From contig CBFFRP010000218.1 in assembly GCA_965644295.1 (NCBI GenBank), positions 186,001-250,000 on the forward strand: a stretch of DNA of 64,000 nt. Reading direction: 5' to 3'. This stretch comes from Paraphysomonas bandaiensis (taxonomy: Eukaryota; Protista; Chrysophyceae). Below, piece after piece: positions 26,248 through 43,984 of the stretch. Position numbers and translations under genes: made by a program. Each line of letters begins with the position of its first letter. The first letter of the stretch is position 1. Below the pieces are notes generated by a model. That model saw nothing but the letters and a program-made list of their open reading frames with translations, was not told where the DNA came from and ran no database searches.

Positions 26248-27717
26248 TCAAGTCACTCCACCAGGCCTCGGCAAAATCTTTCGCGGCCCTTTGGAATCAT
26301 CTGCCATCATCTGAGACAGCTTCTTCATCATCCATTTCCGGGTTTCCGTTGCAACTGCTCCATTATGACCCTGGACATGCTTACATTCCTTCCCTTTGTA
26401 GCAGTTCCCATACAACGCATACGCAACGCAACCACGGGTTGGATTAACAGTCTTCTCCAGGTTCATCACCTGTTCTATAGCTTCCTTATCAGACTCTGGT
26501 TCGCCGAGCAACATCTCCTCAACCTCATTCTCGAAATCATCATCTGACATCCCGTCATCCTTGACCACAACTATCGGGTCAACCTCCTTGTCATCTAAAT
26601 CACTGTAGAAATCATCCTCAACTCGATCCGCAAACTGCACGTTGTTTAAAGATTTCGGTTTCTCCTTTGCAACGTATCCATTGTCCCGATTCCTCGAACT
26701 CCTTTGAATTTGCTTCCTACTGAAATCGGACCCTTCATAAGGCACCAATCTGATGTTCTTGGACGCCTCATAATGCTCACTCGCCTTGGAAACGTATGTA
26801 TCCAGAAACTCTTCAACATTACCATAATTAGTATCCGTCACCCTTGGAATCTCAGCCAGAACTCGTTTGTTGTAAGACTCGTCGACCAACTCCAAAAATA
26901 CTTGAGCCGATCCAAACTCTTTTCCTCCAACCGGCGGACACTTAGTACTATTGGCCTCCATCATGATAGTAAACGTACGCATAAAAATACTCTTTCGCTT
27001 CAAAATCTCTTGAAAAAACAGCTCATGTGTATTCGGCCGCACTGATTTCCAATCCAGTGGCTTAAAATACCTCAGCGCGTATCGCAAAGTCTCAATGAAC
27101 TCTACTTTGGACAACACCTTGGTCTCCTTAGCCATCAGCTCACAGAATTTCTGAGCACTCAACTTAACAAACATTTTATCCGTCAAGCTATTGTTGAACA
27201 TAAGCAGGTTCCGAACACGCCTGCTAACTATCTGGGCTGGCTCAAGCTTAATCCCATTGATCTGTTCATATTCAAACCATTGGATGATAAACTTTGTAAA
27301 ATCACTAAGCTCCATCGAATCCAGAAAAATATGCTTATGGGATGGCTTTTCAACATTGATGATGACATGCTTTGGAACCTCCATTCCCTCTGAAGACTCA
27401 GCCTCCCTCATGAATACAGATGTCCTTCGCTCTTTCTTCTTGCCTTTGTCGTCGGCAGCCCTGCCACTCTCTCTGGTATGTCCCTGCTGCTCTTCACGCT
27501 GGTCACGGATGGCCTCATCTACTTCCTTCTGAGCTTCCTCCAGCTCATTAACTAAAACTTCTTCATTAATAGACATTCTGGACTCCAGATTATCTACCCT
27601 ACTGGCAGTTGCTACACACAACTTAGTGACGTTCTCCAAATTGAGAGCAATTCCCCGTAACATTTCCTTAACTTCATCTAACTCAGATGAACCAACAGGA
27701 CCCTCCGAATCAGACAT
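26248..27717 (-). CDS. gag: Gypsy Gag with coiled-coil N-terminus and CCCH-type finger
   Basis: 489-aa ORF between the 5' LTR and pol, in the same frame as pol; CVAYALYGNCYKGKECKHVQGH near the C-terminus. Confidence 0.88.
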   Translation of the reverse strand: MSDSEGPVGSSELDEVKEMLRGIALNLENVTKLCVATASRVDNLESRMSINEEVLVNELEEAQKEVDEAIRDQREEQQGHTRESGRAADDKGKKKERRTSVFMREAESSEGMEVPKHVIINVEKPSHKHIFLDSMELSDFTKFIIQWFEYEQINGIKLEPAQIVSRRVRNLLMFNNSLTDKMFVKLSAQKFCELMAKETKVLSKVEFIETLRYALRYFKPLDWKSVRPNTHELFFQEILKRKSIFMRTFTIMMEANSTKCPPVGGKEFGSAQVFLELVDESYNKRVLAEIPRVTDTNYGNVEEFLDTYVSKASEHYEASKNIRLVPYEGSDFSRKQIQRSSRNRDNGYVAKEKPKSLNNVQFADRVEDDFYSDLDDKEVDPIVVVKDDGMSDDDFENEVEEMLLGEPESDKEAIEQVMNLEKTVNPTRGCVAYALYGNCYKGKECKHVQGHNGAVATETRKWMMKKLSQMMADDSKGPRKILPRPGGVT

Positions 27718-27785
27718 TTCGATATATATCTATAATCTACAATAATGATATCTTCACTTACGTGTTTTACCGTTAGTAAATTTAC

Positions 27786-28995
27786 TATGAACAACTCAGG
27801 TCTTGCAACCTAAGATCACTGAAAAGATATGAAATGGTTGTTTATCGAAACAACAAAACAGAATGCTATAATAATAACTCTTTAAGAAACCAACAGCCAG
27901 AAACACAAGCTCCCCTGTATCCTGCAATCTAAAGCTCCCAATAGACAGATCAGTCAACCAACTATGTTAATTTCATAGAGAATTATTATTAAAAAACTAA
28001 GTTACAAGCAAAACGAAAGACAGACCCCTAGTCTAAAGACTCCTCCTCATACACAGGACATTGAATGCAACCACAACCGTACAATATGCTCAAACATGTA
28101 CTACACTACATACGATTCATATCCTACATCGTTTATAGTCAAAAACCCCCTGAAATACGCCTAAATAGGTCTTTTCCAAAAACCTCCGATTTTTGAGTCC
28201 CAAAAAACCCAAAAATCCCCAATTTTTGAGAATTGCAGAAAATCGCCGATTTTCGAGCCACAAACACCCAAAAATGACAATCTTCGAATCCACAAAAATT
28301 GCAAGCACATTTCATGACAACTGCAATCACATTTCAACCCGTTAAACATCGCCATTCCTGCGAACCAGTGTACAACAGACCTAGCCATCTATACATAGGG
28401 AAATTTTACCATCAGCATGCCTAGAACACCTATGCATCTGTGCCCAATGGCACCCTACGAATTCCTCCCCATTCCACAGAAAATCGATGGTGTGTGATAA
28501 TGGGAAAATAATCGTATATCATAGTCCGGAACGATGAGCAAGCACATAGAGCTGTTCAAAACCATCAGAAAGCTTCTCATAATGATGAATGGACTACGAA
28601 TATCGCACATGCGGTACCAATCAATGTTTCCTAACTCAAATCGCTGTTACACCGACTGCTATATGGATATAGGTGTAAACCAACGGGTGGCAATCACGTA
28701 GGCCCACGAAATTGTGTGTATCACTGCTTCCTAACCCCAATCGCTGCCGTATGCCTCCTCCTAATCACGCTGGTATTACTCATCCCCGTCGAAAAGCTCG
28801 TAGGAAATACAGAAGTCGTGTCCATGATGGTTAGTAAGTCTTGTTTCGTTCCCTTTAGATCACTCTAATAATTCAATCTATCAACTACTTATAAAACTTG
28901 TTCATTCCTTCTCCATATACTATAACCGCCTATTATACCAATATATATCATCATATAAAACTACCAAGGGCGTTATAAAAGCCCACGGCTTTACA
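27786..28995 (-). repeat. 5' LTR of Gypsy element 1 (1210 bp)
   Basis: Direct repeat of 21069-22277. Confidence 0.95.
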
Positions 28996-29482
28996 CAGGT
29001 GTTGGAATGACTCCAAGGATCGTCTTTGAAAAGATGCACCTCAAAATATACTGTTTTGTGGTTTCTAGGTCTATATATTTCGATATTTATGTTTTAGTTG
29101 TTACAATATTGGGGTTTCTGGGCATTGATTTTGTAATACAAATACGTATTAAAATGTATTCTGTACAGTGTGGAATGAAAGGATACATACTGTATAGTGT
29201 GTGTATACCATATACGGCCTACTGCTGGTGGGTATTGTCCTACTGCTGTATGTATGCATGGTATACTCTGGGTGTATACTCTGGGTGTGTGGAATATGTG
29301 TCCATACTGCTGTGGGACCGTGTACACTGATGTGTGTTATACGTATACGTGTATAGGGATGGATGTACAGAGTATGCTGTATGGATAGGACTGTGTAGCA
29401 TAGTCGAGTTAAGTTTATATAAATCAAGTAGAGCTAATAACTATAATCCCCTCCTGTTATACGTTACGAAACTTGATTGTAA

Positions 29483-31099
29483 ATGATTGCAGGAGTTAGA
29501 TTACCCATACAGTATGTGAGGAAGCTTCCACGAGTCATCACCAGTGCTCAATGGATGCAATTGACACGCACTTATACAGACAGTCTTACACATCATACAC
29601 GCAGAAATAGAGACTTATCACCCATTGAATCTGCGAAATTGATGTTTGGAAAGAAAGATAGTTTTAAAGATGGAGATATCAGTGTGTTTTTCTCAAAGCA
29701 TTTGTTCAGTATGAGTTCATCGGATATCGCCTCATTCATTTATCTCTCGAGTATAGTGCAGTGGCGACTGAGTTATTATCATATTTGTACATTACTTGGT
29801 AGAATATTACATTTACGTACACAATCTGAATGTTTACATATGGGACATATTGGCATGATTATGCTCTCTCTTCGTGCAACCACTGCACACGACATAGAGG
29901 CAGTAAAAGTCTTACTATTCACATTATCTTCGGAGCTTTCTTCAAGCCATGAAAACATTACGGTGAAAAATCTTCTAGATTGTTTGCAGGGGCTACAAAA
30001 TATAAGCAGTGATCATGAAGAAGTCCGAATGTTTCTCAGAGCCCTTGTTCCAAAGATTGCCTCTTGTTCTGTTCCTCTAAGAGGTCCTTGGTTGGGTTCT
30101 GCTTTGAGAGGGATGAGAAATTTGAATAGCGACCATGAAGAGGTACAGGAACTTCTTACTGCTCTTGCAGACAACTTTGATGCTTATGGGATGCATTTGG
30201 ATCATCCAGCGCTATGTAAATCTCTGTATGGCATGCGGGCTATGTCACCGGATCAGCCGACTGTTCGCCGACTCATGCGTTTTTTCATTTCAGAACTGGA
30301 AACTTACGCTGCCGATATTCCGGAGGAGCTTAAGCCAAGCGCGGCGTCACATGTATTTAAAGCTCTATGTTGCCTTAGTCGGGCGCAAATTGATGATGAT
30401 CAGCAGCAGGAAGTTCTTAAGGCTATGTTGTCGGTTTTGACAAGGCTTGCGCATGCCTCCAATGGTACAGTTGGATGGTCAATATTTACTGATGGAATAA
30501 AAGCTCTACATGGCCTCAATTGTAATAACTTGGAATCTCGCCAGTTTATTTCCACACTTGTACCGATCGTAGAGAGAATGCAAGAAGGACCGCTGCCTGT
30601 TCATGTTGGCAACACCCTGACCACTTTTTCTAACCACTCTAGCCAATCAGAGGAGATTTGTCAACTTCTTAGTGCACTTGCATGCCAATTCAACAAATGT
30701 ACTGAGGGCCTACATGGTAAAAACACATGTAATGCTATTCATGGTCTGCAGAACATGTCCTCCGATGCGACTGCTGTGCGAGATATGATATCCGTGCTAA
30801 CTCGGTTGATAGAAGTGGGATCCCACCGCAGGACCCGTGGTATTGATGGGAAAGGAGTGCAATTCATACTTACAGGAGTTCGTGGCTTCGACTGCGAAGT
30901 TCCAGAGGTGCAAGATCTCTTAAAGGTGCTTAGTGTGACTATCGGTACATGTACGGAGACTATCGACCCGGTAGACCTCCACAACACACTACGTGATATG
31001 CATCCTAGCTTTCTGGGTAGTCGTAATCAATATGTTGCAGAATTCATTCGAACTCTATACAGCATTTGTCATAGTCAAGCTCACGGTATAGTGCGTTAG
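29483..31099 (+). CDS. Alpha-solenoid protein with ~40-aa helical repeats, probably organelle-targeted (OPR/HPR/FAST-like)
   Basis: Intronless 538-aa ORF with an Arg-rich transit-like N-terminus; repeats LQGLQNISSDHEEV, LRGMRNLNSDHEEV and LYGMRAMSPDQPTV at 40-aa spacing, plus IHGLQNMSSDATAV further on. Confidence 0.7.
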   Translation: MIAGVRLPIQYVRKLPRVITSAQWMQLTRTYTDSLTHHTRRNRDLSPIESAKLMFGKKDSFKDGDISVFFSKHLFSMSSSDIASFIYLSSIVQWRLSYYHICTLLGRILHLRTQSECLHMGHIGMIMLSLRATTAHDIEAVKVLLFTLSSELSSSHENITVKNLLDCLQGLQNISSDHEEVRMFLRALVPKIASCSVPLRGPWLGSALRGMRNLNSDHEEVQELLTALADNFDAYGMHLDHPALCKSLYGMRAMSPDQPTVRRLMRFFISELETYAADIPEELKPSAASHVFKALCCLSRAQIDDDQQQEVLKAMLSVLTRLAHASNGTVGWSIFTDGIKALHGLNCNNLESRQFISTLVPIVERMQEGPLPVHVGNTLTTFSNHSSQSEEICQLLSALACQFNKCTEGLHGKNTCNAIHGLQNMSSDATAVRDMISVLTRLIEVGSHRRTRGIDGKGVQFILTGVRGFDCEVPEVQDLLKVLSVTIGTCTETIDPVDLHNTLRDMHPSFLGSRNQYVAEFIRTLYSICHSQAHGIVR

Positions 31100-32241
31100 T
31101 GTCAGATGTATTGGTTCAATAACGAAGTGATGTAACTAATGTGTATTAGACTTTACGTAGTCCATTTCTTGTTAGAGTTTACACCAATACTACTTTCACG
31201 AATACTACGTAGATTAGTGCTTATATGTAGTCTGTTGTCTCTTATCTTTATCATCGGTACAAGTCAATGAGAACGGTATGAATTTCCAAATGTGTTACCG
31301 TTACCTTTACAAATATTTACCACTTTTCTGTTTTCAAGACATTTTCTTGTTGTGTTTGCTTATTTAAAAGTTCTATTACAAGGTCTTCCAATTGTGACCA
31401 TTAGTTCAAGAAGAAAACGACAGAACTAATTATAGTGCTATCTGAACTAATTATATGATATGAATTATGTTAGAGAAACTATAATACTTTGACTGTATAA
31501 GATCACGACTATCTAGCTATCTAGGATCGTATGATATTGATTGGTCATATATTGTTCATAATTGTAATAGTTGATTAATGAGTGTATACAACGTAGTTAA
31601 TTAAGTTTGAACGTTTAAATTATCCACAGTGTCAATAATTAATATAATCAACATCTTTCATCATTAATTGCCATTGATTGTTGTGTGAGTTCAAGTTCAG
31701 TTATTTAAGTTATTTCACCATCCAATAATGTCAATGTATATGGTAGCGGGTGGTAGTTCAGAGTTCAGACTGGAAGATACCGAAGTTATATCAATTTGGT
31801 GTAATCAGCTGGACAAAGAATCTCAAGGTATGCGCAAGAATCGAAATCTAATGTACGGTATCATACAAGGAAAGTATACACTAATTCTCAATCCAACGTT
31901 GCCACAGCTGGATTAGAAGCGACGCACTACAGCAGTAGAGAGCAGATACCTATCCATCAGGTGCCCAAGATACGTGATTGAGTGACTTGCCGTATTCCTC
32001 TAATCATGTGTGTATGATTCATATGAATCAAAGCATGGGACATGCCTGTAAATGTCCCTCGGACACGAATGATATCCATAGAGACAATAGTCAATCCTCT
32101 TTCACTTTCATTTCATTTTTAGAATGCATTGTAACCTCATCAATAGTCTATCTATAGATCACACTATATATACATACACCACTGATAGCAATGCTATACA
32201 ACTCCATGTAAAGTACCTACCTTTGGAATGTTAGAAAATAT

Positions 32242-32388
32242 CGTATCGGCAGTCAGCATTTTTTCGCAAATAAATTGAAGCAAAATTGCACTATGTTAAT
32301 GAAATATAATTACGGCTGGAATACAGATAATTGTTGTCTCAATATTGGAGGCAACTTTGAACAAAAATACACAAAGGATGCCGATATG
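32242..32388 (-). mobile_element. MITE-like repeat copy E (full length)
   Basis: Starts CGTATCGGCA and ends TGCCGATATG; internal sequence is the diverged reverse complement of 10970-11120. Confidence 0.8.
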
Positions 32389-32733
32389 ATCCCACAATAG
32401 GGTTTTTACAATAAAAGTCGTTTTTTATTACATAAATACTGCCACTTTTCTGATAATAATAATCCGAGTTCGCTGTGCTACCCAATCAGTACAGCAGCAC
32501 CTCAATCATACAATTTTTGAAAAACATTGCAATTTTTTAAAAAACTACACCTATAAAAACTGAAACACACGAAAAATATCTAAAAAATTGAATTATATAG
32601 AGCAAAAGTTATATTTTTGAAAAAACAGGATCAATAAAAAAATCAGTTGTTGGATGTGTGTACGACAATCGCTGCTGTAGTATGCAGGTAGGAGGGTATG
32701 GTATGTAGGGGGTGAGAGATGTACAGTATGTAG

Positions 32734-35391
<2,658 letters not shown>

Positions 35392-36064
35392 TTGTTTCAA
35401 TCGTGATATTTTTGCGTGCATAGTGCGCTCATTATGATGACCTCTGTGTAGAGTTTCTATATGTGCACAACGTGTATTGAGTTAATCAAGATGGTGCGAG
35501 TATTGCGCACGTCCGATAGCTTAGCGAAGTCTGCATTTAGATTAGCAATATTGTGGGGTAGCTGTTGTTGTTAGGAGATAGAAAGAGTAAACGCTAAGAG
35601 CATAATAATCGCCAAATGTGTATGATGTATGAGTATTGGACTGTTGAGTGCAAGGTGCAAGTGAACTGTATAGATAAAGGGCGTATTTCTTGGAAATGCG
35701 TAGTTCAAGGTTTATGTGTAGAGAAAAAAGTCAACTTCAATGCAACGTCCAATTCCAATATAAAATTACAGCTTAAAATTGCTTACTAACAGCACAACCC
35801 AACAATATGTAGCTTGGACTGCGATTTAGAGACCTGCGTAACAAAGATTAATTGAATTGCTATTAAAGAATTGCTCGCAGGAAGGCATTGGCGTTGTGAT
35901 GTAGTTGTATTCGCTGCTGTGGGAAGTAATTCAAATACTCCAAAAGTGTTATTCATGCTCTGCTTTAATGGGCAACACTCTTTTATATGTTATTACAAAA
36001 TGTTGATTATCTCTAGGAATGAATATCTATTATAGTGATTGTTGACATCGTCTCTCTATATATT

Positions 36065-37522
36065 CTAATCGAAGGTAATCTTCTTTCCAGTACCTCCCCC
36101 AGCAATAGTTCCTTTGTTTCTACTGGCAGAGGTAGGGGTGGCACCTCTTCCACCTCCTCGGCCTCTTCCACGGCCACCTCTGCCACCGTCACCCCTACCA
36201 CCTCCTCTTCCTCTGCCTCCACCGGCGCCAAGACTATCTCTATTTCTAGGGGGAGCGTAGTCCACCCGGATGCTACGGCCGTTTATCTCGGTGCCGTACA
36301 GCTTCACTGCCTCATCAGTGCTGCTACCATCGACAAATTGAACATGTCCAAATCCTTTGAAGCTACCATCTTCCTGAGAAGTTGCGAAGCGCACGAATTT
36401 TACTTCACCACAGCTACCAAACAATTCGTACATCTGATCCTCTGTCACATCCCAGGGAAGATTTCCTACGAAAACGGTATCACACCCTTCTGGCTTAGTG
36501 GAAGCATCAGGAGCAGACCCGATACTCTTGCGAGGAGCAGGTTTGCCTTCAGTAATTTTCAGCCATCTCTCAGTTTCTGGCCAGGTAGCTCCATCTAAGG
36601 CGAGAGCTGCATCAACACCGGCTCTAGAAGAAAATGAGACCACAGCAGTACCACTAGAGCGTCCGCCCTCAGCAAGGGGTAGCTCAACTCCGGAGACACC
36701 ACCATCACACTCTGCGAAGAACTGCGAGACATCGTCTTCTGTGGCCAGCCAGGGTAGTCCACGTACAAAGACACTATGTGTACCCTCATCTCCGGCTGGT
36801 GCCTTAGCAGGCGTGGTAGGAGTGGCTTCTGCCTTCTTCTTCTTAAGAACAGGCTGTTCATCTTCTTCGTCACTACTGGAATCGCTGTCGCTATCACTGC
36901 TGTCAGAATCGGACGAATCCGACGCTTTTCGCTTTTTAGCGGGGGTTGTGGCCGGGGCGACTTCCATCTTATCGTCTTCATCGTCGGAAGAGTCCTCGCC
37001 AGAGCTACTACTATCGCTATCACTAGACTCCGCTGCTTTGGAAGGAGCAGACTTAGCTGATGGCTTGGTTTTTTCATCGTCAGAATCGCTGTCGCTAGAA
37101 GAGCTGCTGTCAGAATCCTCGTCACTGGATGATTCTTTCTTAGTTGCCACAGCAGCAACCTTGGCGGGTTTAGCATCTTCTTCGTCAGAGGAATCGGAGT
37201 CGCTATCACTCGAGCTATCTTTGGCTACAGCGGCAGCAGCCTTGCCATTGGCAACAACAGGCTTCTCGTCCTCGCTGTCACTGTCATCGTCACTACTGCT
37301 GCTGTCATCACTAGAACTAGACTCTGCAGCAATCTCTTGTTTCTTAGACTCTAAGAACTTGGAATATATGACTGACAAGCTTTCAGGAGTTTCAGTTTTG
37401 ACAGATTTGCTTAATGAAGCCTCCTTCAATAAGCTCTTTGCAGTGCTGCTCAATTTCTTCTCCAAAAGGAAATGATATATGCTTGCATACAAGCTTGAGG
37501 TAACGTCATCTGTTTGAGACAT
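36065..37522 (-). CDS. Nucleolin/Nsr1/Gar2-like nucleolar protein
   Basis: LisH-like N-terminus, alternating Ser/Asp and Lys/Ala blocks, two RRMs (VFVRGLPW; VFVGNLPW...KGFGHVQF), RGG tail ending GKKITFD. Confidence 0.92.
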   Translation of the reverse strand: MSQTDDVTSSLYASIYHFLLEKKLSSTAKSLLKEASLSKSVKTETPESLSVIYSKFLESKKQEIAAESSSSDDSSSSDDDSDSEDEKPVVANGKAAAAVAKDSSSDSDSDSSDEEDAKPAKVAAVATKKESSSDEDSDSSSSSDSDSDDEKTKPSAKSAPSKAAESSDSDSSSSGEDSSDDEDDKMEVAPATTPAKKRKASDSSDSDSSDSDSDSSSDEEDEQPVLKKKKAEATPTTPAKAPAGDEGTHSVFVRGLPWLATEDDVSQFFAECDGGVSGVELPLAEGGRSSGTAVVSFSSRAGVDAALALDGATWPETERWLKITEGKPAPRKSIGSAPDASTKPEGCDTVFVGNLPWDVTEDQMYELFGSCGEVKFVRFATSQEDGSFKGFGHVQFVDGSSTDEAVKLYGTEINGRSIRVDYAPPRNRDSLGAGGGRGRGGGRGDGGRGGRGRGRGGGRGATPTSASRNKGTIAGGGTGKKITFD

Positions 37523-38111
37523 TTTAATCTAATATAAAGTGCTTATATATAATGAAGTGGTAATAATAATGTTTGCTTCTGGCGATGTATGATATGGCTG
37601 CATTCGTTGAGATGCATGATATGAAACATAGACCAGCCATTTGGATATATATGAACCAATCAAATGTCCTTATTTTCAGTATCGTATATACTATTGGATA
37701 CAGGTAATCAACCAACCATATCAATGCACATAAAATGGTCACTTAGCCACATAATAGACACTTATCTTGAATCGACAAACTGAAAATATCTGCATATTGT
37801 ATCCTCATCAATTCATTCTACAAAAAAATTGTGTAGAAATTCTATGCAAATACATACACTGCCATACACGTCCATTCCATATGACAAATTGTTGTGATAC
37901 ATGTATATGTGTATATGTATATGGACTGGTAGGTGGATGTATGTATGTATGTACGTATGTATAGGCGGGCATGTGTATATATAAGCATCATACACAGGCA
38001 TATATATACACATACACTCCTATAATTCCCTGTATTTATATATTGAATTAGAGTACTTATATAGTTAATTAAGGGATAGTTATTTCTTTCATTAAAAGGA
38101 ATTCATTAATC

Positions 38112-41323
<3,212 letters not shown>

Positions 41324-42046
41324 TACTTCTGCATTCGTGTTGATGCGTAATCAGTTTTGATAATGCATGATGCTAAAGTTGCTACTCGTTCAGCGCTTTC
41401 GACCATGCAATATTCTTTCCATCAATAGTTCATACCCCTGTTAACCCATAACACGGTGTAGAGTTTGATGAGAAATGGTAAAACTTCGTATATGGTGATA
41501 ATGAATTAATAACAAGACTTTTGATACTGTAATTAATATGGAAATCATTGGAAAACATTTTCACCACTTGTAGTTGTCATATGACGAATACCTATCCGTA
41601 GATGATCAATAATAGGATCAATGATGATAGTGATATAGATATACATATCTAATATATACCCTGTCGCCCATCATGAGAAAGACAATGCACGACCCCAACA
41701 GCCTCATGAACAGATTTTAGAAGTATCGTATGTGATGCGAAGAATTAACAATTTAGAAGAATTTAATAGAGATTTTGCCTAAAAGATATCAGATATAATA
41801 TTGTAAGTCAACACCTTGCAATCACCCGCTCTATTATCTACAGAATTCATGGTGCGCATACCTAGAAATTTGTTAGCTTCAAGAGCTATATCTTCTGTGA
41901 CTGTAAGATAATGACTATATAGCTATGTAGAGTGTGGTGTCCGCGTTTTCCAAACATGGTACCTATTCTAGTAAAATTTATCACTCTGCGGTCAATAAAA
42001 TATTAGAGTAATAATATATCATCCATTCCTCATATTCTTAATATAA

Positions 42047-43586
42047 TTAAGTTGTTTCAGATTGTGCTAGATAAAATTGAATACATCCGTATAAGTTTGT
42101 CACTATCAACTTATACAACTCAAAAACATATACGCCACAGCTTGTCAAAACTCTAAACAGGCACAGCGTGCTCAGATTCAACGAGATGGACCTGGCAAGC
42201 TCCATTGATACGAACATATCAGACAAATGCAATCCGTTTCAACTTCATCATCTTTGAGATCAAATCCTACACATCCAGGAACAGGACATTGTCTGAACCC
42301 AGGATCGTTTCGAGGTGTTAGTGAAACTTCAAGCCATGTCGTTTGCTCTTCACATGACAACACCTCGAAACATTTTTCTTCAGATATGTATTGGCTGCAT
42401 TCTGGGTGTGGACAGCGAACATACATAGTTCTATTGTTCAAAGAATTTTGAACTAGCTCCCTGTTTAATAGAAATGATCATAGGAACAAAAATAACGGCT
42501 AACAGTCACCTTGCACACTCCCTGCATAACTTGTGGTCATCGTGCTCAAGGTCAAACGTGTCCTCGCAGGAGACCTGAAGTAATCATTAAAATTACACTA
42601 TGATATTACGATCTTACCTCATCGTTTTCACATATAATACAAGAGAAAATATTTTCTCGAATTATTTCCTTAGTATCTTCCTCCACTTCTGCAATGGGAA
42701 TGTTCTGTACTTCGTCAATTATCTGTGGCAACAATTGGACAGTAAATTTACTTGGTGATGCATTCGACCGTTTCACAAATACTTTGGAGTCTGTATCATC
42801 TGCCAGCACCTGTTGCGATAATTGCATATCATGCTTAGCTTCATATCTAGCAGCATGGGCTTCTTCAATCTGAACATTTCTACTGTTGTTGCCAGTGGAT
42901 GATCTTTGCAGCTCATTCTGCAAGTGTTGAATCTGAAGCTCTAAGCTGCGGATACTATCTTTGCAATGCTCAGTATGTTTCTGGAATTTATCTTCCAGGA
43001 TTTCCAAATTAGCTTTCGTTGCGGCGTGAGATTGTTTCTCGCAACCAAGAGCATTTTGTAAAGCCTGCTGTTCCGTCAACAAACCTTTAATATCTTCTCG
43101 CAACTTCATCTCTATATCACTTTCTTGCTCCCTCTCTTGTCGCAACAATTCCCTGTTGTTCCCATCCGTCATCAACACAGGATGCACATGTCGATAACTG
43201 GGGGGCATATGTGCAATAGAAGAAGAGCATACTAAATTTAGATTCGGATATGCCTTGGACTCCTCCATCTGATTGTATAAGCCGTATTTATCAGAATATT
43301 GACGGTCAGTTTCAGATATATCAAGACAGAAGTCTCTTCTGAAGTCACACTGTACCTCTTGAGTGGGCTCTTGATTGTCAGCAATGAGGTTTGTTGTTGG
43401 TCCACTAACTCTCCTATTGTTATTATCAGAGGATGAAAGTAATGGAGGCTGTTGTTGATCGAGCATATCAGTTTGACTCTCTTTGTGGTCGACACTCTTC
43501 TTATGTTTATGTTTCCCCTTTCTACGCCTACGTATAGCCTTTTCCACAGGTTTACTAATCAATGCTATGGGATCCTTCATCATCAA
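42047..43586 (-). CDS. Coiled-coil + RING1-IBR (partial RBR) ubiquitin-ligase-like protein, multi-exon; both ends uncertain
   Basis: Splicing gives FSCIICENDEVSCEDTFDLEHDDHKLCRECARELVQNSLNNRTMYVRCPHPEC (RING1 variant) followed by FRQCPVPGC...CICLICSYQW (IBR-like). No RING2 recognised; further exons may extend to ~41600. Confidence 0.7.
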
Positions 43587-43984
43587 CTCTTTCCTTCTCC
43601 TTCTTCTTCTTCTTATTCGTGTAAAGGTACTTAAGTTCTCTTTACTGATTGAGATTCTGGTTAAGTGATGCAGTCAGCGCGCGTGTTCTTGTTGATATGT
43701 GCGTGTCCAGATTTTGGATCGCTCGTTCAGACGGTGGGTAAAAAATGGCACTAAATCCTATGAGGTTTTTCAGTTTAGTAGATCTGTTTTTCAGTTTATA
43801 CAATCACAAAATTTCCTCTATTTTAACATTTTAAACTATAGAAAATAATATTAACAGCTAAAAACTTATGGTTTTTTTTCTCTGTTTTTATGTCAGAAAG
43901 TTCTACAGAAGAAAGTCAAGACGCGTATTTGTAATCTACGACTTGCTATGAGGGTGCGCCATAGCGACTGATTATATTAATACG

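Larger units (their letters stand above)
21069..28995 (-). mobile_element. Full-length Ty3/Gypsy chromovirus LTR retrotransposon (element 1)
   Basis: LTRs 21069-22277 and 27786-28995 appear identical apart from one A in a homopolymer. Flanking duplication CAGG at 21065-21068 and 28996-28999; PPT next to the 3' LTR; gag then PR-RT-RH-IN-chromodomain. Confidence 0.97.

Noticed and set aside
36035-37475. Plus-strand Ser/Leu-rich ORFs (187 and 325 aa)
   Set aside because: Antisense shadows of the nucleolin-like gene.
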